In this document: one piece after another, positions 1-9,702 of the stretch
Layout of the letters: each line of letters begins with the position of its first letter
Position numbering within the stretch: the first letter of the stretch is position 1
From: Rhodospirillales bacterium
Lineage (GTDB): Bacteria; Pseudomonadota; Alphaproteobacteria; Rhodospirillales; UBA2165
DNA length: 64,000 nucleotides
Assembly (NCBI GenBank): GCA_046582495.1
Contig: JAYGEG010000067.1
Span: 13,666 to 77,665, forward strand
Reading direction: 5' to 3'
Notes under the pieces: generated by a model
The model's database searches: none
Told to the model about the DNA's origin: nothing
The model's input: only the letters and a program-made list of their open reading frames with translations
Translations under genes and position numbers: made by a program

Positions 1-569
1 CCATCCACTTCTGAAAATTTCAACGACAATGCCGCACCTCGGTAAGAGACCGCGGACAACCCCAATAAGGCCGCAGACGCCAATCCAAACAGTGCCGCCT
101 TCTCGGTCAAGGAAAACAAAATGTCTTTAAGACCCGTACCGGATTTAGCACTCGACAGCATAAAGACGCCAATTAGGCTAATTAAGATTGCCAAAAGTGC
201 ATTGCTGGAAACAGTTTCTCCCAAAAGAACCACAGTGAAAATCGCAGTTTGTAACGTCTCGGTTTTGGCATAGGCCGTTCCGACGGCAAACCCTCGCAAA
301 GAAAAGGCGCGCAATAAACTTACCATTGCTAAAATTTGCGCCGTTCCTCCGACAAAAGCATAGATCCAAAACAGCGAGCCCCAGTTGAGCGCGTCATCTA
401 GAATCCACCGCAGAGCGATCCAGTAGATAATTGCCAAAGGCAGACCAAAGGCAAAGCGCGTATAGGCCGCCCCAGTTGTCGAGAGAACACTATTGATCGA
501 TTTTTGCAGACCATTGCGCAGGTTTTGCAGAAAAGCGGCGGCGATGGTGAAGAGTATCCAGGCTTCCAT
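1..569 (-). CDS. EamA/DMT-family permease, 3' end runs off the window
   Basis: Hand-translated from the reverse strand, starting at the ATG at 569-567: MEAWILFTIAAAFLQNLRNGLQKS...FVGGTAQILAMVSLLRAFSLRGFAVGTAYAKTETLQTAIFTVVLLGE. It is a multi-TM protein with DMT-like repeats. It is absent from the ORF track because no stop lies inside the window. Confidence 0.6.
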   Translation of the reverse strand, partial: MEAWILFTIAAAFLQNLRNGLQKSINSVLSTTGAAYTRFAFGLPLAIIYWIALRWILDDALNWGSLFWIYAFVGGTAQILAMVSLLRAFSLRGFAVGTAYAKTETLQTAIFTVVLLGETVSSNALLAILISLIGVFMLSSAKSGTGLKDILFSLTEKAALFGLASAALLGLSAVSYRGAALSLKFSEVD

Positions 570-575
570 AGCTGT

Positions 576-881
576 TTAAGGCAGATAAACACCGCGCTTT
601 GCAAGCGCTTGTTCAATCATCCACTGGGTTGCGCCCAAAGCTTTATCCATGTGTTTAACGACGGCAGCGAACTCAACCACCCAAAAATAAGGCAACAATC
701 CCCAAGATGTGAAAAATGCCGCCAAGAAGAAGGCGGTGTCCTCGAGCCCTAAAAGCGGCGGCCACCACGTCGCAAACCAAAAGGTCACAGCAACAAAACA
801 CAAGCCCACTAGCATCGGCAGCACGAATGCTGCAACCACAACCATCCATCTCAAAAAATGCAAAGCCACTATCTTCATCAA
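576..881 (-). CDS. hypothetical small membrane protein
   Basis: 101-aa ORF with about 3 hydrophobic segments. It ends 7 nt upstream of the EamA start, so the two are probably co-transcribed. No family recognised. Confidence 0.4.
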   Translation of the reverse strand: MMKIVALHFLRWMVVVAAFVLPMLVGLCFVAVTFWFATWWPPLLGLEDTAFFLAAFFTSWGLLPYFWVVEFAAVVKHMDKALGATQWMIEQALAKRGVYLP

Positions 882-1044
882 GCGACCTTATCGCCGCCTA
901 AAGAAACTGTCTATGAAGCATGATCCCAAGCTGCACAAAGCCATAGGCGATCATACCAAATAGAGCGGCGTAGAGAAAAACTTTGAAATGGGATTTTAAT
1001 TTTTGCATAAAACTTTTTTAACATTAATTTCCCCCTCACCCTAA

Positions 1045-1119
1045 CCCTCTCCCTCCGGGGGAGAGGGAATTTAGACAAAAAGCCCATTATTCTTCCCCCT
1101 CCCCCCTTCGAGGGGGAGG
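1045..1119. repeat. pair of GC-rich polypyrimidine/polypurine hairpins (REP-like; possible terminator of the hydrolase gene)
   Basis: Hairpin 1 is CCCTCTCCC-tccgg-GGGAGAGGG (1045-1067). Hairpin 2 is CCTCCCCC-cttcga-GGGGGAGG (1098-1119). Both lie just downstream of the minus-strand gene that ends at 1153. Confidence 0.6.
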
Positions 1120-1152
1120 ACTAAGGTGGGAGGGCTTACAATTGGATTGTCC

Positions 1153-1875
1153 TCAAAAATGCTTCGCCAGAAACGCCAATTGTTTCTCCCAGGAATCTTC
1201 AGAGGCTTCATGGCGATAAGGATCGGGATCACGGCCACTCGTCGAGTTCATAAAAGCATGTCCCGCGCCATCATAGCGGTGGAACTCGTACTCAACGCCG
1301 GCGTCTTTGAGGGCTTGCTCTTCGATATCTGCATCTTCCGGCGATGGGTTGCCATCGTCATTGCCATAAATGCCGAGCACCGGGCATTTAATCTGCGGCG
1401 TTAATTCAATCGGCGCGGGATTTCCTTCTCCCCAGCCCACGCTTTTATTACCGCCCCACATGGTCGCCATCGCTTTGTAGTTTGAGTTTTGAGCAGCAGA
1501 CAACCAAGATTGCCGCCCGCCCAGACAATGACCCACAATGCCGATGCGGTCATTGTCGACACTTTCGTTTTCAACCAACCACTGATAGGCGGCCTCCTGA
1601 TCTTGGTGCATTTCAATATCATTTAAGCTTTCGCGCTTAATTTGGCGGTCCATATCCGACGGAAAGCGATAAAAAATAAACGGCACAATGCAGATATAGC
1701 CATTTTCTGAGAAGCGTTGGATGACGTCTTCGGTAAACTGATCCCCGACCAAACCCGCATGCGCCGGCATGTGCATCGCGATCATCAGTGCTGGATGGGG
1801 ACCCTCGCCCTCCGGCAAAGATATCATCGCCGGCATTTCATTGCCATCGACGTTCAATGAAATCATTTCATACAT
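1153..1875 (-). CDS. dienelactone hydrolase family protein
   Basis: The ORF was trimmed to MYEMISLNV, which has a GGGGAGAA RBS upstream. It carries the GHCLGG nucleophile motif and an alpha/beta-hydrolase layout with a C-terminal GAGHAF. Confidence 0.8.
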   Translation of the reverse strand: MYEMISLNVDGNEMPAMISLPEGEGPHPALMIAMHMPAHAGLVGDQFTEDVIQRFSENGYICIVPFIFYRFPSDMDRQIKRESLNDIEMHQDQEAAYQWLVENESVDNDRIGIVGHCLGGRQSWLSAAQNSNYKAMATMWGGNKSVGWGEGNPAPIELTPQIKCPVLGIYGNDDGNPSPEDADIEEQALKDAGVEYEFHRYDGAGHAFMNSTSGRDPDPYRHEASEDSWEKQLAFLAKHF

Positions 1876-2089
1876 TTTATTCTCCCCCAATATTGACGAT
1901 ATTCTGGTTGAATTCAGTTTAGCGCAAATGCTCAAACGAGAAAACCATGGTGGTTTCAAAAGCGCGCAGAATGGCCACCAATTTTCCAAGTATTCTGAAA
2001 TCAGTCATTGAATCACTAAATTTAATCCATATCTTATAGGTATCGTGGCATATAGTGGTACTCACATTTTGAACCCTCCCAATCTTAAA

Positions 2090-2859
2090 ATGCATCCTTT
2101 TAGATCGGCATTAATGCCTATTGTTTTGGCAATTGGGTTTGCGTATTCGAGCCCTGCAAGTTCAGCCGATAATTCCAATCAAAACACCATTCGCTTCGGC
2201 ATGGCCGCGGCAGAATACCCACCCTATTTGATTTATAAAGATGAAAGCTTGCGTGGTATCGTCGGCGATACATTCTTTAAAATTTCAGAGTCTATGGGAT
2301 TCAAAATCAATTTAACAGTCCTTCCCAGAAAACGACTTCAATATAAAATTAAAAATGGCGAAATTGATGCCTATGCCACTGCTCTCGAGTGGGTAAAATA
2401 CACTTCTGATCATATCTGGACGGACGGCATCATTCGAGTTTTGGACAATGTCATTATGGTCAAAGATCACAGAACGAGCATCACAAGCGCGCGAAAATTG
2501 GCGGGTAAAAATATCGCTGTAATGAGCGGCTACAAATATCCTTCGCTGGATAAAATGATCAAAGATGGAACGGTTAAAGCGATCCAAGCTAATCGTTTTG
2601 AAAGTCTTCTCCGCATGGTCGAATTTCTGCGCGTCGATTACGGCATTTTAGATAAAATGTCGCAAACTGGACGATACAAAAGCAAAATCTCATATTCAAA
2701 AAACCGCTACACATCGCCACGCCGGGTTTCGACGCGGTCGAATTTCGGATCGTCATGTTCTCCCAATAATGGGCACCCGTTGTTCAAAAATTCAATAAAG
2801 CCTTGGCCAAATTTAAATCAAGCAATGGCTGGTCGAAACTCTTGGACAAGTACCGCTAA
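2090..2859 (+). pseudogene. family-3 periplasmic solute-binding protein (amino-acid ABC type), frameshifted and carrying an in-frame stop
   Basis: Signal peptide MHPFRSALMPIVLAIGFAYSSPASSA. The reading frame is lost at the A4 run 2654-2657. The continuation NVANWTIQKQNLIFKKPLHIATPGFDAVEFRIVMFSQ*WAPVVQKFNKALAKFKSSNGWSKLLDKYR is in another frame and contains a TAA at 2767-2769. Confidence 0.75.
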
Positions 2860-3044
2860 TCTGCCGCCAGGTGGAAATTCGGAGTTGAATGCGAAATTGC
2901 CACCTCCTCATCGGACATATCCGCTTCAACATTGTCAAATAACGGTGTGCTAAGATAGCGCTCACCGGTATCGGGCAACATGCAAAGGATTGTCGCACCA
3001 CTGCCGGATTTAACGCTCATTGCCGATCCTAAATCTGTGATCAT
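2856..3044 (-). pseudogene. C-terminal fragment of a cysteine synthase (CysK/CysM-like PLP enzyme)
   Basis: GSGATILCMLPDTGERYLSTPLF is the typical CysK C-terminal motif. Only about 55 codons are present and nothing lies upstream. Confidence 0.6.
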
Positions 3045-3231
3045 TCGAAAGTTTAAACTTCTAAACGAAGGGTATTCACGCGGCAGCTACGCCTATGGCG
3101 TCGCCCATCCGATCATCCTGGTATTAGATCAATCCGGCCGCATCACCCACCGCTTCTCCGAAACGGGCTATGTCAGCCGGCCGTCGATTGATTTGGTCTT
3201 GAGGGCGTTGAGCGGCAAAGGTCAAGGTTAG
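2980..3231 (+). pseudogene. C-terminal fragment of a redoxin/peroxiredoxin-like protein
   Basis: LTLIADPKSVIIRKFKLL...YGVAHPIILVLDQSGRITHRF resembles the distal half of AhpC/TSA-redoxin proteins. The catalytic N-terminal half is missing, and a stop lies 8 codons upstream of the ORF start. Confidence 0.45.
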
Positions 3232-3408
3232 GCCATCATCACCCCTGGCTTCATCCTCCCCTACCGGCCAATTACAAATCAAACTGCTTTTTCTAAATGT
3301 TTTAATAATTGGAGTGCAATTGACATTTACAGCCAACAATCAATTCGCATAGCATATCAATCTGTCCGGTTAAGCGTGGATCTCCGGACCTACGGATAGG
3401 GATTTAAC

Positions 3409-3768
3409 ATGAAACAACAAATTGACCGGTCCAAGACGATCCCCGGAACGATGATCTTCGATGGGCTGCGAAGCCATAAAGGCTACCGTATCAACAAGCT
3501 AGCCTTCTCAATGAACATTGCTGAAAACCGGGACAGTTATGTGGCCGATCCGGAAGCTTACATGGATCGCTATAATTTGACCGAAGAAGAGAAAAAGCCG
3601 CTGCGCGAGAAAGATTGGCTAGGCGTCGTCAAGGCGGGCGGTAATATTTATATGATTATGAAAATCGGCGTTCTACTCGGTGAAGGCCTTTATCCCATGG
3701 GCGCCCAACAGAAGGGCATGACCTATGACGAGTTTCTTAAATCCCGCAACGTTGGCGGGGCGACTTAA
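3409..3768 (+). CDS. ligA: protocatechuate 4,5-dioxygenase alpha subunit (LigA family)
   Basis: 119-aa ORF immediately upstream of a LigB-type subunit. Size and sequence are LigA-like. Confidence 0.8.
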   Translation: MKQQIDRSKTIPGTMIFDGLRSHKGYRINKLAFSMNIAENRDSYVADPEAYMDRYNLTEEEKKPLREKDWLGVVKAGGNIYMIMKIGVLLGEGLYPMGAQQKGMTYDEFLKSRNVGGAT

Positions 3769-3770
3769 AG

Positions 3771-4610
3771 ATGGCAAAAATTATTGGTGGCATCGGCACA
3801 TCCCATGTCCCCTCCGTCGGTGTCGCCTATGATAAGGGCGAGCAAAACTCGAACGCGTGGAAGCCGTTGTTTGATGGTTACAAACCGGCCCAGGAATGGC
3901 TGAAAGAGATCAAACCCGATGTAGCGATACTGGTCTACAACGATCATGGTTGTGATTTCTTTTTTGATAAATACCCGACATTCGCCATCGGTGCGGCGAA
4001 TGAATATCCCATTGGCGACGAAGGTTTCGGCACCCGCCCGCTCCCCCCGGTCAAAGGCAATGCAGAATTTTCATGGGCACTCTGCGAACATCTGATTTAC
4101 AACGAGTTTGACATCACTGTCTGCCAGGAACTCATGGTCGAGCATGGCTTCCTCGTGCCGATGAACTTACTGTTTCCCAACGATCCTGACTGGCCCATCG
4201 AGGTTGTCCCGGTGCAGGTCAATGTAATTCAGCATCCTTTGCCGACGGCGATGCGATGTTATCGGCTGGGCCAAGCCATTGCTCAAGCAGTGGATTCTTT
4301 TGACGATGACAAAAAGGTGGTCATTTTAGGAACCGGGGGCATGTCTCATCAATTGCATGGCGCACGTTTCGGATATTTGAATTCCGAGTTCGACAATTGG
4401 TTTATGGATCAGATCGAAAGCAATCCCACCGCTCTTACCGACATGACACATCAGGAATTGATGGAAAAAGCCGGTGCCGAAGCCGTTGAATTGATCATGT
4501 GGCTGGTCATGCGGGGCGCGATGAATGAAAAGGTACGCCGAATCCACCGCAACTATTATGCGCCCATGACAACGGGAATGGGGCTCATCTGTCTGGAAAA
4601 CGACGACTAG
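3771..4610 (+). CDS. ligB: class III extradiol dioxygenase beta subunit (protocatechuate 4,5-dioxygenase or gallate dioxygenase type)
   Basis: MAKIIGGIGTSHVPSVG...VYNDHGCDFF...EHGFLVPMNLL, which are typical LigB motifs. Confidence 0.85.
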   Translation: MAKIIGGIGTSHVPSVGVAYDKGEQNSNAWKPLFDGYKPAQEWLKEIKPDVAILVYNDHGCDFFFDKYPTFAIGAANEYPIGDEGFGTRPLPPVKGNAEFSWALCEHLIYNEFDITVCQELMVEHGFLVPMNLLFPNDPDWPIEVVPVQVNVIQHPLPTAMRCYRLGQAIAQAVDSFDDDKKVVILGTGGMSHQLHGARFGYLNSEFDNWFMDQIESNPTALTDMTHQELMEKAGAEAVELIMWLVMRGAMNEKVRRIHRNYYAPMTTGMGLICLENDD

Positions 4611-5110
4611 GGAGAATAGGAAAACCACCGAGGACACAGAGTGCTCAGAGTTTTGGTAGGGCGGAGAAAGTCCGCTTACCGGTGTAAAGCAGACACTATT
4701 TACTCCGCACCAAAGAGTCCGCTACTAGCCAATAGAGGACATAAGAGCGGCTGCGGAGGGTTGCTGATCGTAAATGCCAAAGTCAATAGACGCTGGACGA
4801 AGTAGGAACCAAATTTGAGAGTTGATTTCGAGGGTCTAGTCGCTCATCTGGCTGCAATGGCCCACGAAATTGAAAAGAAAGCAGCCACAGTGACGCAACT
4901 CGAAGTAGTCGGGATCGATTGCACCTGATCACCCACCTTCCCAACCGGTAGATTTGCGATGTACGTTCCGTGTGTAGCAGTTGTTAGAATATGGTAAAAA
5001 TCTGGGATATTTCGACCGGATTGGTCGCCTCCCTCTCCTTCCGCCATATTTCAAAAGCCCGCAATCGGGGGCATTTTGATTTATGGCGGGTAGAATGGAA
5101 AACCAGTAAA

Positions 5111-5260
5111 TTAATGAAACATTTCGCCATGCTGATTAAGATCCAACCCCACTGCTTCTCCTTCTTCGCTTACTCGGAGACCAATAGCCTTATCAATGAC
5201 AAACAATAAAATCACCGATGCAACACCGCTCCATATGACGGTCGCAGCGATACCATAGAG
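5111..5260 (-). pseudogene. 3'-terminal remnant of an ammonium transporter (Amt) gene
   Basis: Hand translation gives LYGIAATVIWSGVASVILLFVIDKAIGLRVSEEGEAVGLDLNQHGEMFH*. This is the characteristic last TM helix plus the GLRVSEE..GLD...HGE tail of Amt proteins. An in-frame stop lies just upstream. Confidence 0.7.
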
Positions 5261-5606
5261 ATGTAATCGGGCTTTGTGGTACCTCAATTAAACATATGAC
5301 CCAGCCATTTCAATATAAGTCATTGAAAACATTGATAGTCGATGCAAGGTCGAACTAGGGATTCGCTGATTAAGTGTCATGTAATCTCGGCAACTTCATC
5401 TATGTCGGGTTTTTTTTCACGGCTTTTGAATTATGTTACTAAAATCGTTACTTAAAATGAATTATGAAATAAAATTTAGCCAGTATTATTTATATAACCT
5501 ACTGTATTTAATAATATAATAATGATTATGTAATTTTATAATTACTTGCAACAAGTACATGTCCTCTTAATTCTCGTAGGATCAAGTCCGGTGTGACGGA
5601 GAAGGA

Positions 5607-7058
5607 TCAGCCAAGCTTTTTCTTGAGTAACTCATTGACCATTTGCGGGTTGGCTTTGCCTTGGCTGGCTTTCATCATTTGGCCGACGAACCAGCCGGCG
5701 ACTTTGGTATTGCCGTCGCGATATTGCTGGGCTTGATCTGGGTTATCGGCAATCAGCTGGTCGATCATGGTTTCAATTTCGCCGGTGTCGGTGATTTGTT
5801 TGAGGCCCTTGTCCGCGACGATTTGCGCAGGATCGTCGCCGTCACGCACCATCTTTTCGAAGACATCCTTAGCGATGCGGCCGGAGATTGTATCGTCGGC
5901 AATCAGAGCAACAAGTTTGCCGAGGTTCTCCGATGAAACCGGACTTTCCGAAATGCTCAAGCCGTCTTTGTTGAGCACGGCAAAAAGCTCATGGATCACC
6001 CAATTGGCGGCGAGTTTTGGATCGCTCGCCTCGGCCATTGCTTCGAAATAATCTGCAGTGTCTTTATCCGCCACCAAAGTCGCGGCATCATCGACGGTGA
6101 CGCCAAAATGATCGATAAAGCGTTGCTTCTTGGCATCCGGCAATTCGGGCAGGCCCGCTTTAATCTCATCAACAAATTCTTGAGTGAGATCAATCGGTAG
6201 CAAATCAGGGTCGGGAAAATAGCGATAATCATGCGCTTCCTCTTTCGACCGCATCGAGCGGGTTTCATCTTTGTTGGCATCGTAAAGCCGGGTTTCCTGC
6301 ACAACTTCGCCGCCGTCTTCGTAGACATCAATTTGGCGCTGAGCTTCGTGCTCAATCGCCGCCATGACAAAACGAACCGAGTTGATGTTTTTAATCTCGG
6401 CGCGGGTGCGAAGCTCGGTTTCACCAACCGGGCGCACAGAAACATTGGCATCGCAGCGCAGCGACCCCTGCTCCATATTGCCATCGCAGGTGCCGAGATA
6501 ACGCAGAATGGCGCGTAGTTTTCGAATGTAAGCGCCAGATTCTTCGGGGCTGCGCAAATCGGGTTTGGAGACAATTTCCATCAACGCCACGCCTGAGCGG
6601 TTGAGATCGATGAAGGTGCGCTTGGGGTCCTGGTCGTGCAACGACTTGCCGGCATCCTGTTCCATATGCAGGCGCTCAACACCGATATCACGCGGTCCCT
6701 CCGGCATATCGAGCGTGATGATGCCTTCGCCAACGATCGGCTCCAGGAATTGTGATATCTGATAGCCCTGCGGCAAATCTGGATAGAAATAGTTTTTGCG
6801 CTCAAACACCGAATGGAGATTAATCTGAGCGTTAATCCCAAGACCCGTCCGAACGGCTTGTTCGATACAGATTTTGTTGATCACCGGCAGCATGCCCGGC
6901 ATCGCCGCATCAACGAGCGAGACTTGGCTGTTGGGTTCGGCGCCAAATTCGGTCGCAGCGCCTGAGAACAATTTGGCCTTTGAGGTGATTTGGGCGTGAA
7001 CTTCGAGGCCGATCACGACCTCCCATTCGCCGGTTTCGCCTTCGATTAAATACGTCAT
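5607..7058 (-). CDS. gatB: Asp-tRNA(Asn)/Glu-tRNA(Gln) amidotransferase subunit B
   Basis: 483-aa ORF with the canonical GatB N-terminus ([13 protein letters not shown]) and the C-terminal YqeY-like tail. Confidence 0.95.
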   Translation of the reverse strand: MTYLIEGETGEWEVVIGLEVHAQITSKAKLFSGAATEFGAEPNSQVSLVDAAMPGMLPVINKICIEQAVRTGLGINAQINLHSVFERKNYFYPDLPQGYQISQFLEPIVGEGIITLDMPEGPRDIGVERLHMEQDAGKSLHDQDPKRTFIDLNRSGVALMEIVSKPDLRSPEESGAYIRKLRAILRYLGTCDGNMEQGSLRCDANVSVRPVGETELRTRAEIKNINSVRFVMAAIEHEAQRQIDVYEDGGEVVQETRLYDANKDETRSMRSKEEAHDYRYFPDPDLLPIDLTQEFVDEIKAGLPELPDAKKQRFIDHFGVTVDDAATLVADKDTADYFEAMAEASDPKLAANWVIHELFAVLNKDGLSISESPVSSENLGKLVALIADDTISGRIAKDVFEKMVRDGDDPAQIVADKGLKQITDTGEIETMIDQLIADNPDQAQQYRDGNTKVAGWFVGQMMKASQGKANPQMVNELLKKKLG

Positions 7059-8587
7059 TTGATGATCTCCCCGTCAGCGCTGCGCTCTTCCGTTTTATTT
7101 TCCCGCTCCTCGGGAGGGGCCAAATAGGAAGGTTGGGCCTTGAAGTCAGCTGCCTCTTCCAGCACACCGCCGACCCGGAAAAGCGTTTCCTCATCAAACG
7201 GCTTGGTAATGAGATGAAGCCCGAGCGGCAATCCTTCTTTGGAAAGGCCTCCCGGGATCGAAATCGCCGGCAGTCCGGCCAAACTCGCCGGCACGGTAAA
7301 GACATCGTTCAAATACATCTGCACCGGGTCGTCCATTTTTTCGCCAATCGCAAAAGCGGCAGACGGTGCGGTGGGTGTCAGCATTACATCGACGCTCTCA
7401 AAAGCTTTTTGGAATTCTTGCAGGATGAGGGTCCGAAGCTTCATCGCTTTGACGTAATAGGCATCGTAATAGCCGGCGCTCAGCACGTAGGTGCCGATCA
7501 TAATGCGGCGGCGCACTTCTGCGCCAAAACCTGCACCGCGGGTGTTTTTATACATCTCGTCCAAGCTGTCGCCCGGCACTCGAAGGCCATACCGCACGCC
7601 GTCATAGCGCGCGAGGTTCGAAGACGCTTCCGCAGGCGCGACAATATAATAAGTCGGCAACGCGTATTTGGTATGCGGCAGAGAAATCTCAACCGGTTCT
7701 GCCCCCGCCGCCTTCAGCCACTCAATACCTTGGCTCCACAGCGTTTCAATTTCGCCCGGCATACCATCCAAGCGATACTCGGCAGGGATACCAACACGCA
7801 AGCCTTTAATGTCGCCGGTGAGGGCTGCTTCAAAATTCGGGATCGGCTGATCGACGCTTGTTGAATCTTTTTTATCATAACTCACCATGCTTTGCAGCAT
7901 GATCGCTGCATCCTGCACCGAGCGCGTCATTGGGCCGGCCTGATCAAGCGAGGAGGCAAAGGCCACCATGCCCCAGCGGGAACAGCGCCCATAGGTCGGC
8001 TTCATGCCGACAATGCCGGTGAAGGATGCAGGCTGCCTGATCGAACCGCCGGTATCTGAGCCTGTCGCAGCAATCGCCAAATGGCCAGAAACCGCTGTCG
8101 CTGAGCCGCCGGATGAGCCGCCCGGCACGCGGGTCTTACCGTCATCAAGGCTCCAAGGATTTTTAACTTCGCCGTGATAGCTGGTGATATTAGCCGAGCC
8201 CATCGCAAACTCGTCCATGTTGGTTTTACCCAGCATGACCACGCCGGCATCCCGCAAATTTTGCGTGACTGTCGATTCGTAAGGCGGTGTGAAGCCGCCT
8301 AAAATGTGCGAGCCCGCCGTGGTTTGAACATCTTCCGTGCAGAACAAATCTTTCACCGCAATTGGAATGCCGTCCATGCCACTTGCAGCGGTGCCACTGG
8401 CGCGGCGTTCATCCGAGGCCTTAGCGCGTTCCAGTGCGAGTTCAGGCGTTTCCGTGATAAACGCGTTGAGATCACGGGCTGCTTCAACCGCCGCAATATG
8501 CGCTTCGGTCAGCTCGACCGAGGTGTAGTCGCCTTTTGCCAAGCCATCGCGGGCTTCAGAAATTGTAAGATCGGTAAAATTGCTCAT
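7055..8587 (-). CDS. gatA: Glu-tRNA(Gln) amidotransferase subunit A
   Basis: Amidase signature GGSSGGSA. It overlaps gatB by 4 nt and gatC by 1 nt. Confidence 0.95.
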   Translation of the reverse strand: MSNFTDLTISEARDGLAKGDYTSVELTEAHIAAVEAARDLNAFITETPELALERAKASDERRASGTAASGMDGIPIAVKDLFCTEDVQTTAGSHILGGFTPPYESTVTQNLRDAGVVMLGKTNMDEFAMGSANITSYHGEVKNPWSLDDGKTRVPGGSSGGSATAVSGHLAIAATGSDTGGSIRQPASFTGIVGMKPTYGRCSRWGMVAFASSLDQAGPMTRSVQDAAIMLQSMVSYDKKDSTSVDQPIPNFEAALTGDIKGLRVGIPAEYRLDGMPGEIETLWSQGIEWLKAAGAEPVEISLPHTKYALPTYYIVAPAEASSNLARYDGVRYGLRVPGDSLDEMYKNTRGAGFGAEVRRRIMIGTYVLSAGYYDAYYVKAMKLRTLILQEFQKAFESVDVMLTPTAPSAAFAIGEKMDDPVQMYLNDVFTVPASLAGLPAISIPGGLSKEGLPLGLHLITKPFDEETLFRVGGVLEEAADFKAQPSYLAPPEERENKTEERSADGEIIK

Positions 8588-8877
8588 TATTCGATGACTT
8601 TCGGCACGGTGAAAAACTGTCGGCCATCTGCGGGTTTGTCCGGCGCATTTTTAAGCACACGCTCAGCATCACCGCCGTCGTTTACATCATCGCTGCGGCT
8701 CGGCATATCCATCGCAACCACACTCGTCATCGGCTCAACGCTGTCGGTATCGACCTCATTCAACTGCTCGATCCAATCGAAAATATTGGTGAGTTCGCCG
8801 GCGAGACTTTCCATCTCGGCGTCTGAAACCTTAATCCGCGCTAATTTCGCGATGTTGTTGACGGTGGCTTTATCCAA
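8587..8877 (-). CDS. gatC: Glu-tRNA(Gln) amidotransferase subunit C
   Basis: 96-aa ORF upstream of gatA, with the typical GatC sequence ([13 protein letters not shown]...). Confidence 0.9.
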   Translation of the reverse strand: MDKATVNNIAKLARIKVSDAEMESLAGELTNIFDWIEQLNEVDTDSVEPMTSVVAMDMPSRSDDVNDGGDAERVLKNAPDKPADGRQFFTVPKVIE

Positions 8878-9009
8878 CGGCTGTACTCTCTTTAGGTGGT
8901 TTTAAGACCGGCGGAAACTATCATTGAGGCCCATGATCTGCAAGTAAAGAGGTGCGGTTTGAAGCTTCCGGCGCGGTCTTTTATAGTTGACGCAAGGAGA
9001 TGATAAAAC

Positions 9010-9657
9010 ATGACAGTAGCAACGCTCAAAATCGGCAATAAAAATTATTCATCCTGGTCTTTGCGAGGCTGGCTTGCCGTCAAGATGTCCGGCCTCGAGT
9101 TCGATGAAAAAATCGTGCCATTGTTCGAAGCTAATCACGCTGAAACCATGGCGCGGGAAACGCCAGCCAGCAAAGTGCCGGTCTTGCTGCATGACGGTAG
9201 CAAAATTTGGGAATCGCTTGCAATCGCTGAATATGTCGCCGAGCTGAAACCTGAAGCCAAGATGTGGCCGGAAAATGCAATGTTGCGCGCTGAGGCACGC
9301 TCTATCTCTTGCGAAATGCTGTCCGGCTTTACCGGACTGAGATCGCAGTATCATATGAACTGCCGAAAAGTCTTTCCCGACATCGCACCCACTGAAGCGT
9401 GCCAAAGCGATATCGCCCGCATTCAGAATATTTGGCTGGACTGTCTATCTAAGTCGAGCGGGCCGTTTTTATTCGGCGCTTTCTCCATCGCTGACATCAT
9501 GTACGCACCGGTGGTCTCTCGCTTTAAAACTTACGAGGTCCCGGTTAGCGACACTATTCAGGCTTATATGGACACGCTCCTCTCCCTCCCTGACATGCAG
9601 GATTGGTACACCGCCGCCGAGGCGGAAGAGTGGATTATCGAAGAAGAGGAATACTGA
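9010..9657 (+). CDS. glutathione S-transferase family protein
   Basis: N-terminal thioredoxin-like fold (KVPVLLHDGSKIWESLAIAEY) plus a helical C-terminal domain. Confidence 0.8.
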   Translation: MTVATLKIGNKNYSSWSLRGWLAVKMSGLEFDEKIVPLFEANHAETMARETPASKVPVLLHDGSKIWESLAIAEYVAELKPEAKMWPENAMLRAEARSISCEMLSGFTGLRSQYHMNCRKVFPDIAPTEACQSDIARIQNIWLDCLSKSSGPFLFGAFSIADIMYAPVVSRFKTYEVPVSDTIQAYMDTLLSLPDMQDWYTAAEAEEWIIEEEEY

Positions 9658-9662
9658 GGTAT

Positions 9663-9702
9663 TTGTAATAAAGGTTCCAGGAACCTTTATTACAATGTTA
9701 AC
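9663..9702 (+). repeat. REP element copy 1 (33-nt palindrome plus TGTTAAC tail)
   Basis: TTGTAATAAAGGTTCC-A-GGAACCTTTATTACAA followed by TGTTAAC. It is identical over 40 nt to 10413-10452 and overlaps the RAYT stop codon. Confidence 0.9.

Noticed and set aside
898-1008. 36-aa minus-strand ORF (MQKLKSHFKVFLYAALFGMIAYGFVQLGIMLHRQFL) upstream of the 576..881 membrane ORF
   Set aside because: It is plausible as a single-TM micro-protein in the same operon, but it is too short to support without conservation or translation data.
4655-4720. GAGAAAGTCCGC resembles the RNase P RNA GGAAAGUCCGG core. The translated strings CKADTI...SPLLANRGHKSG also resemble a dispersed proteobacterial pseudo-ORF repeat.
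   Set aside because: None of the other conserved RNase P regions are present nearby. The repeat resemblance is from memory only and cannot be verified here.
4991-5100. WD40-like peptide strings (VKIWDISTG, VRIW, FDLWRVEWK) in the non-coding stretch
   Set aside because: The strings are in different frames, and the spacing (about 85-90 nt) does not fit the 40-42-aa WD repeat. No GH...WD architecture can be assembled. This is probably chance.
5996-8905. Long antisense or alternative-frame ORFs inside gatB, gatA and gatC (for example 5996..6574, 7133..7864, 8306..8905). Similar ones occur elsewhere: 22001..22555, 26119..26772, 38427..39086, 42155..42907, 52100..52849, 59443..60018 and 60165..61016.
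   Set aside because: Each lies entirely within a gene that has unmistakable family motifs on the other strand or frame. Their translations are low-complexity, Arg/Ser/Cys-rich, and carry no motifs. They are typical shadow ORFs.
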